A DNA stretch of 64,000 nt. Origin: Lophium mytilinum (Eukaryota). Below, piece after piece: positions 37,783 to 50,009 of the stretch. A program made the position numbers and the translations under genes. The stretch covers positions 951,334 through 1,015,333 of the forward strand of contig MU004185.1 in NCBI GenBank assembly GCA_010093605.1. The letters run 5' to 3'. Under the pieces are notes generated by a model. It had not been told where the DNA came from, ran no database searches, and was given only the letters and a program-made list of their open reading frames with translations. Numbering within the stretch: the stretch's first letter is position 1; the number at the start of each line of letters is the position of its first letter.

Positions 37783-39744
37783 ATGCCGTACCCTAGTCGC
37801 GGGTGTGGGACGTGCAGAACGCGTCGTATAAAGGTTGTTATACAAGACAAAAAGACACCTTCTGGCTCGATATCAAATGTCGAGCCTTTTCGCGCTGAGC
37901 GCTAACACATCGTCAGTGTGACGGCGTGCGACCACATTGCACGCAATGCACCAAATCTAGTCGAGAGTGCTCCGGATACGAAGCAGACGCAGGCGGCCTT
38001 CCATTCAGGAGTGAGAATGTATATGCAGCAGGCACTGCGCGACGACCTCGGGATGGTCGCGACTCGAAGTCAAGATCTTTGCATTCCTCTCATTCAAAAT
38101 CCCCGAAGAAATCGCCAAGGAAAAGGAAGTTCCCTTCAGAATCACTGTCAAAATCTCCATCGGAACGGGAAGGGCAGCTCAGTTCTTTGACGGGCCCCTC
38201 GTCAGCAAGAGCTTCTAGTCCAGATATACGCCTCGAGTATCTTCAATTTGTGCGATCTTTGAATGGGCCACTAGAGAACCAGGCCGTCATTTACTACGTA
38301 AGAGGATATATTGACCCAGCTCTATTAGTCGACTCCGTTGCCGACAACTTGGGGTCAGTCCTAAATAAGCCGACGCATGTGCAAAATTCGACCCTAGAGC
38401 TTGCCGTCCTAGCAGTCTCATTGGCAGTCTTTGGGAGGACACGGAGATCCGGGGCCGCTCTGTTGACTGGCCAAGAGAAGTACACGCAAGCACTTGGACT
38501 GGCGAAGCAGTCCGTAGCCAGTGCAAGTAAAGCAATATCTGATGAGACTCTGATGAGTGTAATGATGTTAGCATCGTATGAGGTACCTTCAAGGAAAGAA
38601 CTCGAACGTGTATAGAGCTCTGCTCATTTTCGTACAGAATATCGTCTGTGATTTTTCTGCGCGAGATACCCTTTACTGGCGAAGCATCCATCACCTAAAA
38701 GGTGCTATGACTATTCTCAGTCTCAGGAGGTCCCTCAACACTCTTTCAGAAAGAAACCTTGGTCTTGATAAAAACATACGGCGACAAGTAGTAAGTCGGA
38801 AAACGTCCCGAGCTTTGACGGAATAGTAAAGTAGTATGCAAAGTTACTTGTATTTACCATCATAGATCCGCCACTCGCTCACCCACGGTTTCACGGTCCC
38901 TTCCTACCTCCACAATGGTCTCGAATTCGGCGAGCAGGGCCTCGAGCTCACCTTCGACGGCTACATAATCCGCCTCTCCCAGCTCCGTGCCCAGGGCATA
39001 ACCGTCTGGGAATCTCTCCGAAACACCCTCTCCACCGATCCTCTCGAACACCAGCGCCTGAAAGACTCCGCCTTCAACCTAATATCCGAAGCCCGCAAAC
39101 TCGACACCGAGCTCGCCGCCTGGGCCACGCAGATACCGCCTGACTGGTCCTACGTCTCCCAAGATCTCCCACCCGAAGCCATCTCGGCCACCGGGACTGA
39201 AAGCAGCGCTCTTTACTACACCACCACAGTTCAAGTGTACCTGAATCTCAGCCACGCAACGACCTGGAACCGCTACCGCGCCGCCCGCATTGCCGCCAAT
39301 ACCATCATGGCCCGCGCCCTCCAGCACCTACAACCCCCGCCCGACCATCCCCAGGCCTCAGTGATCTCTGCCCAATACACCCTCGCCGTCGCCACTAACA
39401 CGGCCTTCATCAACGCTATCTGCGCTAGCGTCCCCTTCGTCTTCGGGCGCGTGAAACTCCCAGAGGACCCCGCCGACACGGCTATCGAGGTCGTGAAGCA
39501 CGCACCACCGCCTGAGGAACTGTCAGCCCGGAAAGCGTTTCTGCTCTCCTGGCCGCTGGTTATCTCAGCTGCGGCGTTAGGGTTGGAGGAGGCGCAGCGG
39601 GCGTGGTTGAGGGAGAAGATCGCGTTGATAGGGCGGATTACGGGGAACGGGCAGTTGGCGGCGAGCGCGAGGATTGACCATGGGGTGCAGAGTCCGCATG
39701 TGGATCTAGCGGCGTTGCGGCAGGGAGGGAGGAGTCAGAGTTGA
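37783..39744 (+). CDS. Zn(II)2Cys6 transcription factor (multi-exon; intron 37834-37916 splits the Zn cluster)
   Basis: Spliced MPYPSRGCGTCRTRRIK/CDGVRPHCTQCTKSSRECSGY (six Cys); middle homology-like region Y.QAL...SDETL.SVMML..YE, HLKGA, WNRYRAARI, ICASVPF, LSWPL. Confidence 0.92.
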
Positions 39745-40683
39745 TGAGTGAAATTGGGGTTGGCGAGGACCTGTTTAGGCGGATTGACGCCCACCACGTC
39801 CATCCATAATCGTACAAGTAGACAGCCACGTTGCGACGCATCAGAGCTAGAGAAGATGATCGCAGAGCTTATTCTATCTGCGTTGCAGATCAGTGATTGG
39901 CAGAGGGAAAGCAAAGCCCGGCGGTCAAAGCCCGGCCAGATCCCGGCTCGGTGACTGCTGAACTGACAACTACACACCACGCGTTTACAGACCAGACATT
40001 CGAAGATGTGTTGGATAGCGTCCTTCTCTATCTGCTAAATTTTCGAATATGTCAGTCAAGAAGTGGCTCTCGTCAGACAATTAGGGATGGAAGTCGCCTT
40101 TTAAGTCGAAGTTCAACTTCGACACTATGGTACCTGGAAGCGTCACATGAACGAACCAACACCATAGCAAGACCAAATGAACAGGACTGAAAGGAGGAAG
40201 AGACGTAATACCAGACTGCACCTTGGAGTTGATCGACACCCACAATCAGCCTCCACGCTTCCCGGGCTCTGAAGCGATTCATGGAGCGAAACCACCCTCT
40301 ATCTTCTCTCCTATCTCGACCTGCAGTGGGAACCAATTAAAGATCCAGATAAGCCATCCGAACTGCGTGTAAGATGCCGCGCCATGCCGACGCAATGTTA
40401 AAGGGGGTATTTGCAAAGGAATTGAGCGTACTTCACTGCTTTCCGCCAGGGAGTAGCGGCGAGGGCTACGGCAGGCGCACAGCACCTCTTGTATATAGTT
40501 AGCCTCACCTTCTTCCAGACCTCTCTCTCTCCTACATCCCTACAGCTCCTTTTCCAGTGGCATTTCTCTTGTCGTCCATATCTACTATATCTCAATCCAC
40601 CCCACCCACTCCAAGCCCTCTTCCCCGTCACCCTCTTCATTCAATTTTCAAGCTTCATCTCTTCTCACCAACCCGCCGCTACC

Positions 40684-41641
40684 ATGCCTACCTCCTCCAA
40701 CGGCACCCCACCTATTCACGACGAGAAGATGCCCCCCAGTGACCCCCTCGCCATGCACCGCGCGCCAAGCGTCACGCTCTCCCCCGAGCTCTTCGAGAAA
40801 TACTACCTGTCCCCCCAAACCCCTGTCCACGGCTCCCTCCGCAAGACCTTCGCCAACCCAACCCCCCTCGCCGTGCTCGGTCTCGCCATGGCGCTGACCC
40901 CCTTCTCCTGCGACGTGATGGGCTGGCGAGGCGCAGGCGGCAACGGCGCTGCCTCCATCGGGTCGTACTACTTCATGGGCGGGATGCTCATGATTATCGG
41001 GTCGATTGGAGAGTGGATCATGGGTGCGTATTCCCATGCATCCGAATCAAAGTGAAGTTTCTGATGATTGATGATTTGCAACAGGCAACACATACCCCTT
41101 CGTCCTCTTCGGCGCCTACGGCGGCTTCTGGCTCTCCTTCGCGGCCACGCTGACGCCAAGTCTAGGCGCCTACGGCCAATACTCCACCAACTATAGCGTC
41201 GAGCACCCGTCGGCAGGGCTCGATGATTCAGCGTTCGCGGCGAGCTTTGGGTTCTTTCTGCTCGCAATGGCGGTGCTTTCGCTCATTTTCGCGTTGGGCA
41301 CGCTGCGGTTGAATATATGTCTGATGGTTGTGGAATGGGGTTTGACGCTGTGCTTCACCCTGCTGACTGCGACGTTTTGGCACCTGGCGCAGGGTAATGC
41401 GGGCGTGGCGGGGAAGTGTTTGACTGTAAGTGTTCTCTCTGGGGTGACTTGGGAATGTTTGGGTGTCTGACGCTGTTGGTGATAGGCTGCCGGCGCATTC
41501 GGGTTCGTTGCTTCAGCGGGCGCGTGGTGGATCCTCGCAGCGCAGATTCTGGCGGCGGTTGAATTCCCGATTAGTCTGCCTGTTGGAGATATGAGTGGTG
41601 TGTTTCCGGCCAAGAAGGTGAAGGTGGAGAGCGCAGTGTGA
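40684..41641 (+). CDS. GPR1/FUN34/YaaH family transporter, AlcS-like (3 exons)
   Basis: SVTLSPELFEKYYLSP...LRKTFANPTPLA; MGWRGAGG.GAA; YFMGG; EWIMG/NTYPFVLFGAYGGFW; LPVGDMS. Confidence 0.92.
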
Positions 41642-41700
41642 GGGGATCGTGGGTTGGGTTGGGTGCTTTTACTTGACGTGGAGGGGTACGCTGTGTAGTT

Positions 41701-42048
41701 GTTTTCAATCTCAAAAGCAACGGGCTCGAAATCAGACCATTGTCATGAGGATACCTGAGCGAAACTGAGTCCCTGAAGATCTTCAGTGCGAAATTTAGGT
41801 CGGCCAGTTACAAATTTTCACGAATTCAACCGCGTGAGACCGAATTTGAAAGACGCGATGTGCATGCAGAGGGGCAGGTCGCGTGGGTGTTTTCTATTGC
41901 AAAAGCAACGACCTGTGAATCAGGTCGCCGGCTAAAGAACTTGAAGAGAATGAAAGGTAGCTGAAGCACCTCCACGTAGGATTGGGTGGGGGTGTCAGAA
42001 GATTTTACAAAACTAACCGCATGAGACGATTTCTGGAAGACGCTGATA
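41701..42048. repeat. Degenerate tandem duplication, two ~160-bp copies offset by ~188 bp
   Basis: Collinear blocks gttttc.at..caaaagcaacg (41701/41889), aatcag, ctgaag, aaccgcRtgagac (41828/42015), aagacgc. Confidence 0.7.
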
Positions 42049-43073
42049 TCCTTTTTCCTTCCGCTCGTTAGCTAGCTTCCTCACCATCATCAATACAACA
42101 GCCTTTCGTCCCACATCTACCCAGTCTTGATTGCTTTTCTATCTTACTGCAGCTCAGTGACGAAAGGAACCCTCTATCCTCATTGGCTGAGTAAGAACTC
42201 GATCAACGCCCTTCGGGAGTGCCGGAACCCTTTGCGTTGTATTGGATTATCTGTGCCGCGTACGAATTGGCAATGAGCGATTGACCTGTATCGACCCGCT
42301 GTGCTGCATCAGACATTTGTGCCGTGTCCAATGGTGCCTTGCCGTGGCTGATCGTGTGGCTTTATTTCGACGCTGTTCACCGGACCGGGACGCATCCAGA
42401 TGCTCGTAGATCGTCATCTCCACATGCTGTGAAAAGCTTCACACCTTTACGCGAACATGTTTACATTGACGGAAAACACTCCCTTCGTGATACATTCAAC
42501 CACAAACGTCTTTCTCATCACTCAACCTTTCCTTAACGCGCAACTTCTACTCCTCAATTTGATTTAGGGGCCAAGATACCGCCCTTCAAAATTCGCTTCG
42601 TAGCAGCGCCACAAGGCTGCATATGTGCAAATTTAGCGACTTGGGCTGAAAAGAGTGGTTGTACAGCATATAGGCGCGTCCGGTGGTCTAGCGCAAATTT
42701 GAAGCCACTGGCAAAACAGGCGGGAATAGAGCGGCGGACCTCCTTCTCTGGGCTGAATTTTACGGAGGCTGAACTTAGTCTGTTAAAAGCACGGTACCGC
42801 AAGCTGTTATACCAGTACATTACCACTCTCTCATGGCTGATCTGGTAGCTTGATATCTGCGCTAGACCATCTGGAAGCGCCTACAAGCTGTACTCTGCCA
42901 TGCAAATGCAATGGCTTGGAAGGCGGATTGATGCCAAGTGTCAGCCTGGTCTTCTGCAGAGGCGATTATAAGTATCTCACCGAATCCCTTATCGCTTCCT
43001 CCGAGAGTATTCGAGAAATCTTCTTTGATTTCAATTCCCAAGCTTTCACAGTATTGTGAACCCAGTCCTCGAC

Positions 43074-44522
43074 ATGCGTCCTCCTTCATTCAGTTATGGC
43101 GTATCGCGACCTTACCCTTGGAAATACTTCACACACTTCGTTTTAGTCGGCGCAATTGTCGCTGCCATTTTATTCTCTTTTCTAAACTTCGCGAGCTCAG
43201 GGTACTCGCTGGCAGTCGTGTATTCTCCCGATCCAAACTCCACAGTGTCCTCCAGCTACAGCCAATCCAAGAAGTGGCCAAGCTTGCCGTCTAGCAAAGT
43301 TCTGCCAACCTGTGAATCGGTCAATATTGCTGTCAACACCGAGTTCTTCACAACCAACACAGCGCTTACCTATACTTTGACTGGTATTTCGTACCAGTCG
43401 CCAGCTCGAGACCAGGTCTTCGCGCCATCTCTGATATACCACAACAACTTCTTGGAGGATTGCAGCGTTTCATCTATTCAAGTCTTGTTGGAAAGTTCTG
43501 ACGGCCGCACTGCCACCCAAATAGGCACCTCGACATGGGGTGCTGATGCAACAGCCTATATCACGTGCTCCATGGACACGGCAACGACGGGGCGCTCTAC
43601 CATCAATCTAACAGCATCATACAATCTAGCACCCAAGACTGTATCGGTGAATACAGTGTATACTGGCGAAACCAGATTCATAGGCCGGAACCAGGCGTCC
43701 CGTGCAAGCTTGTACTGGGGGGAGTCTCTGCTGTCTCTGTACTGGTGGCAGCTCACCCAAAATATGGAAAGTGCCCAAGGCTTTACCGACACCAAGAATA
43801 AAAGTGGCACCCTCGCGAAGGGCGGCATTTACTTCACACCCAATATCACGTTGGGAGTAAACATCACGGATCCTGACTTCTTTAGCATCGGTTGGCGTTT
43901 CATCGATCAAAACCTTGGCGTGTATTGGGACGGAGGAAAAAACAAGAGTATCTCACGCCTTATACACGACCAATCATCTCCCAGTATCTGGTATGCAACC
44001 GATCGCTTTGCTAAAATTCTCTATTCCACCGTTTTGACCGACTTGGGCCAAACCTCTGCTCATCCAAACATTCTCGCCGACCCAGCGCTCCTCAAAATTT
44101 TCAGCAATTCCACCTGGAATGTCACGGCAATGTCGGAGCACCTCCAGGAGCTTGGCCTCGCGATACCGGGTTTCAACCTCCCCGAGACTCCAATAGGCGT
44201 GCCTGTTGTTAATCCTTCGACTATCTCGACGACCTATCTATGCCAGGTCCCACGGCAGAAATCTGCCGGAACGTTGATCATCGCCGTGCTTGTAGCAGAT
44301 CTCGTTTTTCTGCAGGCCCTGTGGAAGCTCGCAAATCTAATCGCAGGAAAGGTTCTGGCGCGGCAGGACCCGACCGGAAATTTCTGCGAGGGTTGTTTAC
44401 AAAAGACCGATCCACTGGGTACGGATAATCCTCGCGATGGGTCTGTGGTTCCGAGTAAGAACGCCGGGATGAATAGAGATGAATACGAATTGGTAGGCGT
44501 AAGGACAACTGCGATGCAGTAG
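43074..44522 (+). CDS. Uncharacterised fungal membrane protein, two predicted TM helices around a large ectodomain; intronless
   Basis: FSYGVSRPYPWKYF then hydrophobic segment; Cys- and N-glycosylation-site-containing middle; YLCQVP.QKS then hydrophobic TLIIAVLVADLVFLQALW; tail NFCEGC. Confidence 0.85.
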   Translation: MRPPSFSYGVSRPYPWKYFTHFVLVGAIVAAILFSFLNFASSGYSLAVVYSPDPNSTVSSSYSQSKKWPSLPSSKVLPTCESVNIAVNTEFFTTNTALTYTLTGISYQSPARDQVFAPSLIYHNNFLEDCSVSSIQVLLESSDGRTATQIGTSTWGADATAYITCSMDTATTGRSTINLTASYNLAPKTVSVNTVYTGETRFIGRNQASRASLYWGESLLSLYWWQLTQNMESAQGFTDTKNKSGTLAKGGIYFTPNITLGVNITDPDFFSIGWRFIDQNLGVYWDGGKNKSISRLIHDQSSPSIWYATDRFAKILYSTVLTDLGQTSAHPNILADPALLKIFSNSTWNVTAMSEHLQELGLAIPGFNLPETPIGVPVVNPSTISTTYLCQVPRQKSAGTLIIAVLVADLVFLQALWKLANLIAGKVLARQDPTGNFCEGCLQKTDPLGTDNPRDGSVVPSKNAGMNRDEYELVGVRTTAMQ

Positions 44523-46481
44523 TAAGTCTTCTCCTGGTCTGCTGCATATAGGTCCAAGTCTGATTTCTCGGATCCTAGGTTTGGACGCGTCTGAGATGGG
44601 TCCTCAGTCTAACAAGTTTTACTATCAAATTGCACCTCAGCACTCCGTTGTAGCGGTGGCGCATCTCTCTAAAGTACCAGAACAGTTCATAGCTGAATAT
44701 TGAACATCTAACCAACATAAACTGTTTGTATGAAGTTGAATCTTGCCAAAGATCAAATAACTCTTCCCTTACGGGACTTTGCTCTCAATGTCACGTTTAT
44801 GTCACCTGATTAGAAATTGCTGGTTTATAATGGAGTCCAAGCGTATTCCTTGGAGTGGCTTCAATTTGATTATAGAAGAAGAAAGGATAAGGGGACACAA
44901 TAGGATCGCGATGAGGCAATAGGAAGGGAAGAAATCCGATACTTGCGGATAGACCTGATACTTGATGTAAAGACGAATACGACAGTCAGACTTTCCCAGA
45001 CTTGGCACACGGACCACGGTCAGATCAATTAATCTGGATCTGTTTGCAAAGCTTGAACTGGATCTCGGGACATCCGAAGCAGAACCCTTGTACGGATATT
45101 GTTCGACTGTCGGCAGAGAAAGCTCAGACTCTGATAAAACCCCTTGACAGGGCCAGCGTGTGGCGAAATAATGTGGAAGATAGCGTCATGCAGAACAGTA
45201 CCCCTCTTCTCCTGGTGTTTTTCAGAACTCTGCGGTCGACGTCAGTTGAAGAAGCAATCGCTAGATGTCTCATCATCGCCCCATAGGATCAGCGCACTGC
45301 CAAGGCGGGTCTCTGAAACAGCCTACGTCGTTAGAGGTAGACAGGCAGTGGAGAGGTTTGGCAGTGTGGTGTGGTGGTTCTGCGGTCAATTGGGCTCCTG
45401 GCTCCGAGGGGCCCGAGTCTAGTGCAGGGACGTGCAAAAAGAAATGAGGAAGTGCGGAGAGAGGCGCCTGCGTGGTGTTGATTTGCCGGCGACGTGCTGG
45501 CGAATTGAAGGGCTGCACACGAGCACAGCCTGCGGACAACTCATCCTGGCGTGTTTCTGCCTGGCGGCGGCCGCGCAGGCCATTCGCTGTCAACGGCAGA
45601 CTTGGTGAGGAGGTCGTGATACATCGAAGCGCTCGGGCAGGAGATTGTTCTCTCGCAGCGGTCGCAGTGGTTTGCACGAGGCGTGGGCCCTGAAATGAGA
45701 GCGAAGGCCACCTTGCCGCATGCAGCCTGATAGATGCACGCTTGGGTGCGCCGCGGGACCGTTTGGGCGAGCCTTTCTTGCTAGCGACCGCTGATGGGCC
45801 CAGTGTCCGTGCCAATTTCATCGACGCGCCGCTGTCGCGGATCATGATACAGACCTTGAGACCCCTTCAGGGCGCTGTGCGCTGCGAGGTGGCCGGCAAT
45901 TGAGGATAGACGCGCCTGTGTAGCAGCCGGTGGCGGCGACAGCATCAAGAATAGCAACGCGACGCGGATCGCCAGGTGGCAACGGGGCGTGGAGGTTTAT
46001 CAGGACGTCCAGCGATGCGCTGGCCGTCACTCTCGACCACCTGGGCTGGTTTTGAGCATAACAGGCTTGGCGGCCGTTTAGGGGTCCCTTTTCGTCCACC
46101 TGGGATTGCTCCCTCACCTCCTCGTTGCTCTGTCCGTCCCGATCCTACTCACTTCATTACACAAGCCAATTCACTAATCCCTCCACCGCCCGCTACCTGC
46201 TGCTCGTGTTCGCCTCTGCTGCAACTCCACGCGCTCTGCCGTCAGCGTGCTTTCATCCCTGTCACGACTCCAAAAACTCGCGTCCGGCCTGCAGCTCCAT
46301 TCCAAAGTGCAGCCCGCCCGCACGAGCTCCCAATTGAACTCGAGCCCGCCCGAGACCTTTATGCACCTAATACCGCCTGCCAGCACCGCACTCTGACCGC
46401 CTCGCGTGCGCCGACTGTCCCCAGCGGACCCAGTCCTCAAGGCCGGACGACGCTCCGCAACACCACCGCCTTTTTATCGTT

Positions 46482-49400
46482 ATGCCGTCGTTTAAGAACT
46501 TCTTCAAGAGCAAGGACGGCTCGAGGTCTGCCTCCAAAGCCGGCAAATATGCTGACCACAACGCGGGCCCTGTGGCACCGCCAAAGCCGCACTGGGACGA
46601 CGCCTGGTCGCGCAAAGACGTTGCGCCGGAGGAGATCCAGGAATTGATTCACGTCTGCACAAAAGAGATGAAGTCGAGAGGTATGTCTTTGCGAGTGTTG
46701 CACCTGTGCCGTCCTCCTCTGTCTTTAGAGGTCACTATGAAGCTCACTGACGGACTTGCCAGCCCTCGACATGCCCTTCCTCCTCCTTCCATTCCGTCCT
46801 GGATCAGACACAAGTGCCGCTCGCAACATGATTCGCAGCTTCTTCAAGGCGCAGTTTGAAGGCAGCTCCCAGTATACTGGAGAGGGGCTGAATCAAGAGT
46901 TGCGCCTTACTGAGCCCATGGTGAGACAGTCGACGGTACACCAAACCCTATCGCAAAGCTAACGGCTTCAGGTGTTGTGCAGTATAATGAAATGGTGTTG
47001 GAGCCGACTGCCTGGAGGCGTAGTGACCTGGGATGTATATGAGCTTTTCAAAATTGGAGAGTCGGGTACGTGGACTATATCAGGCTTCTTATGATGCTTG
47101 GCATCACTAACATCAATGGCCAGATTCTGGCAACGCTCGTCATGCTTTTGATACCTTTATACCCCTCAGCGTAGACTCCGAGGCGCGGAGACAGGTAATT
47201 GTAGACTTCTTCGACTTGCTCTCCGCGATCGCCGCACGAGGCAAGACGAATGGACTTGGCGGACGCAAACTGTCTAGAATGGCTGGTTGGTGGGCCTTTG
47301 GGCATAGCGACGATGGCAAGGGATTTGACGGCGGTTACAAGTCCTGGGAGAAGTAAGAATCTCCAATATATAACCTCGAGGATCAGTGGTACTAACTTCT
47401 GTAGGGGTGCCGATGCTGCGAGCCATCTCTTCTTTGCGTATCTTCGCTCTCTCTCTCCGGACTCGGTCGCTGGCATAAGCGGTATCTCGACCTTGCCACG
47501 CTCTCTCCAAGCGCTCGTTTCCCAAACCGAGTACCCTCCGATGACGCCCGTCCTGATGCAGACCACGACCACACGGATTGTCATGATCGTCGATTCAGTA
47601 TCTCCCACGCCATTCGCCCTTCTACGCCGGGCTAAGAACTTCGAGTACCGCGACGATGACGAGGCTCTGCAGGAGTTCTCCTCCTTCGAGGATCCGGTGA
47701 AGGCCCTGACCGATGAGTGCCGAAGAGTTCTAGACTCCATATCTTCCACTAACCAATCCGTTCTTTCTACAAATAACGGCATGCCGGATGCCTCGTGGTC
47801 TCGTTTCGAAGACTTTGGATTCGGCGGAGTAAGCGACAACCCGGCATCCACCTTGTCAAATGGATCATCATTCCCCAGGGACACAAACGGCTTCCAAGGG
47901 CTGGGAACTGGAGCGCGGTCCAGGAACACCGATTTTGGTCGTCCGACAACGCCATCCTGGGCTGACTTCTTGTCGTCTGGCTTTGTCGAGGAGAACGGAG
48001 AAGTCAAGCATGCTCCATTACTACTTCCTCCTGACAAGCAGCTCCCCCCCATTGGAGAAGTGACTCGCATTCACAGTTCGCAGTCGCATATGAGAAATGG
48101 TGTGCGACAGGAGCAGCACTTGGAGCCCGGAGAGCTCGCTAGCATCACACAATTCGACTTGGACGAGACCTTCTGGTGGGTCTGGATGACCAGCTTGGCT
48201 GGCGAGGAAACAACGGAGCGCAAGGCAGTCTTTGGGCGATGCGCTTTGATCGAGACCTCAATACCTGGCGCAAGATGGCTCGTTGTGGAAGAGCAAGTCA
48301 AGGGCGCTTCTCCAGGCCCAGAGGAAGGAGCCTACATCGCAGAGAAGAAAGGGCTCTTCAGCTTCACAAGACGAGGGCGACTCGGTCGTAGGAAGTCAAC
48401 TGGCAAGAAGCCTTCTGCACTTTCGAACGAGCCCTACAATGCCAAGAACGGCACCACGCCGATGAGTAAGACTAGCATTGGGCCGGATCAACATGCGCGT
48501 ATTCAAGCTGCTGCCGCCAGACTGGCTCAGCAATCGAAAGATCAAGCCGCGGAGCAGAATGGCACACGCCGAGGCCGAGTTGATGATGCCATGTCTACCA
48601 AGACAAACAGCGTCATGACACTGCAGCCTGCCGTTATGAGTGCGGCAGCTCCGGCGATGCAGTGGGCCAAGGAGTTTGATAAGGATGAAGTCCGAAAGAG
48701 ATATCTTGGAGATGTCCATGCTGGAAAGGGCTCGAGGGATAACCTCCTTGCCACCACGAATGGCTACTCATCGCCTTCAGCACCAAAAGTTAGCAACAAC
48801 CATGACCTTCCTGCAATCCCACGGGAGGAATCATCGCCACAGGTACCGAGGAAGGCTCCTCCACCAGCACCCCTTCCTACTACCCCGACACGAGCCCAGG
48901 CCCAGTCGAAGAAGGCGGAGGCGGCCTCTGCAGCTCAAGTCGCTCTACCTGCTGCCACGCCTACTGTCTCCACGCCTTTGGACGAAAAGCCTGCGCCAGT
49001 GTACTCCCCTGGGCCTACCTTGGACGAACACCCAGCTCTTCGAAAGCCTGTTCCTGCTCCGCAGCAGAGCTCTTCCCAGCCCAACCAAGCTGAAGCAGCC
49101 GCAAAACGAGCATGGGAAAACCAACACACGTCGAGCCCAGAGGCGGCAGTCCCTGCCAAAAAATCTCCCCCCAAGAAGCTCAAGAAGAACACTGGCGGAG
49201 GAGGTTTCCGGAGAATGTTTGGAAAGAAGGACAGACCAGCCGGTAGCTCGGATACTCCTCAGTCTGCTGAAGCAGAACAAGGTAATGGTCTCCAAGTACC
49301 GGAGTCAGGCCTCGGGCGACGCATGTCCCAGTTGAGGAAGAAGCCATCGCCTCCCGTTCCAGCTGCAGAGAAGTCTCCAGCGCCGAGCGAGCTGACCGCA

Positions 49401-50009
49401 AAACCCGAGCCAGTTGTTGCCTACTCGCCAGCCATTGGCGAGAGTCCAGCGGTTTCTGCGGTCTCGCATGAGCACGACTACTCTGGAGATGCTCCGCGTC
49501 CAAGTGGACCCCGCATGACCACGTACGAACAGCAGGAGGCCGACCACGCTTTTGCCAGGTTCGACCAAGGTCCCATGGACGACATGCCGGCTTTCGTCCC
49601 AGATGATGCTTCTGACGAGGAGCATATGACTGCTCTTCCTCCACCACATTTCAATCAGCATGCTGCTTCCCATCCGGCATCGGTTGAGGAGGAAGCTTAT
49701 CACGAGGAAGAGATGCCACACCCGCATGACCCATCTGCCAGGGACGATATTTCTGAGCAGTCCATCGATTTGACTCGTCAAGCTTCTCCAGCGCAAGACA
49801 GATGGGCTCAGATCAGGAAGAATGCTGCCGAACGGGCTGCCAGACTTAGTGAAGAGCAATCGCGACGCAGCCAAAGTCAAAGCAACCGCACGGACGAGGG
49901 CGAGACGAGCGGAGAGGAGACGATCGAAAGCCGCGTCGCTCGCATTAAGGCCCGCGTTGCTGAGCTCACTGGCAACATGGATCAGCAAGGAGCCCCTGCT
50001 AAGCGTTGA
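46482..50009 (+). CDS. MSB1: Morphogenesis protein Msb1-like (DUF1708) with long low-complexity C-terminus; multi-exon
   Basis: EEIQELIHVCTKEMKSR/ALDMPFLLLPFRP; KWCWSRLPGGVVTW; NGLGGRKLSRMAGWWAF; AASHLFFAYLRS; FWWVWMTSLAGEE..ERKAVFGRCALIE; ETIESRVARIKARVAELT. Confidence 0.85.
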
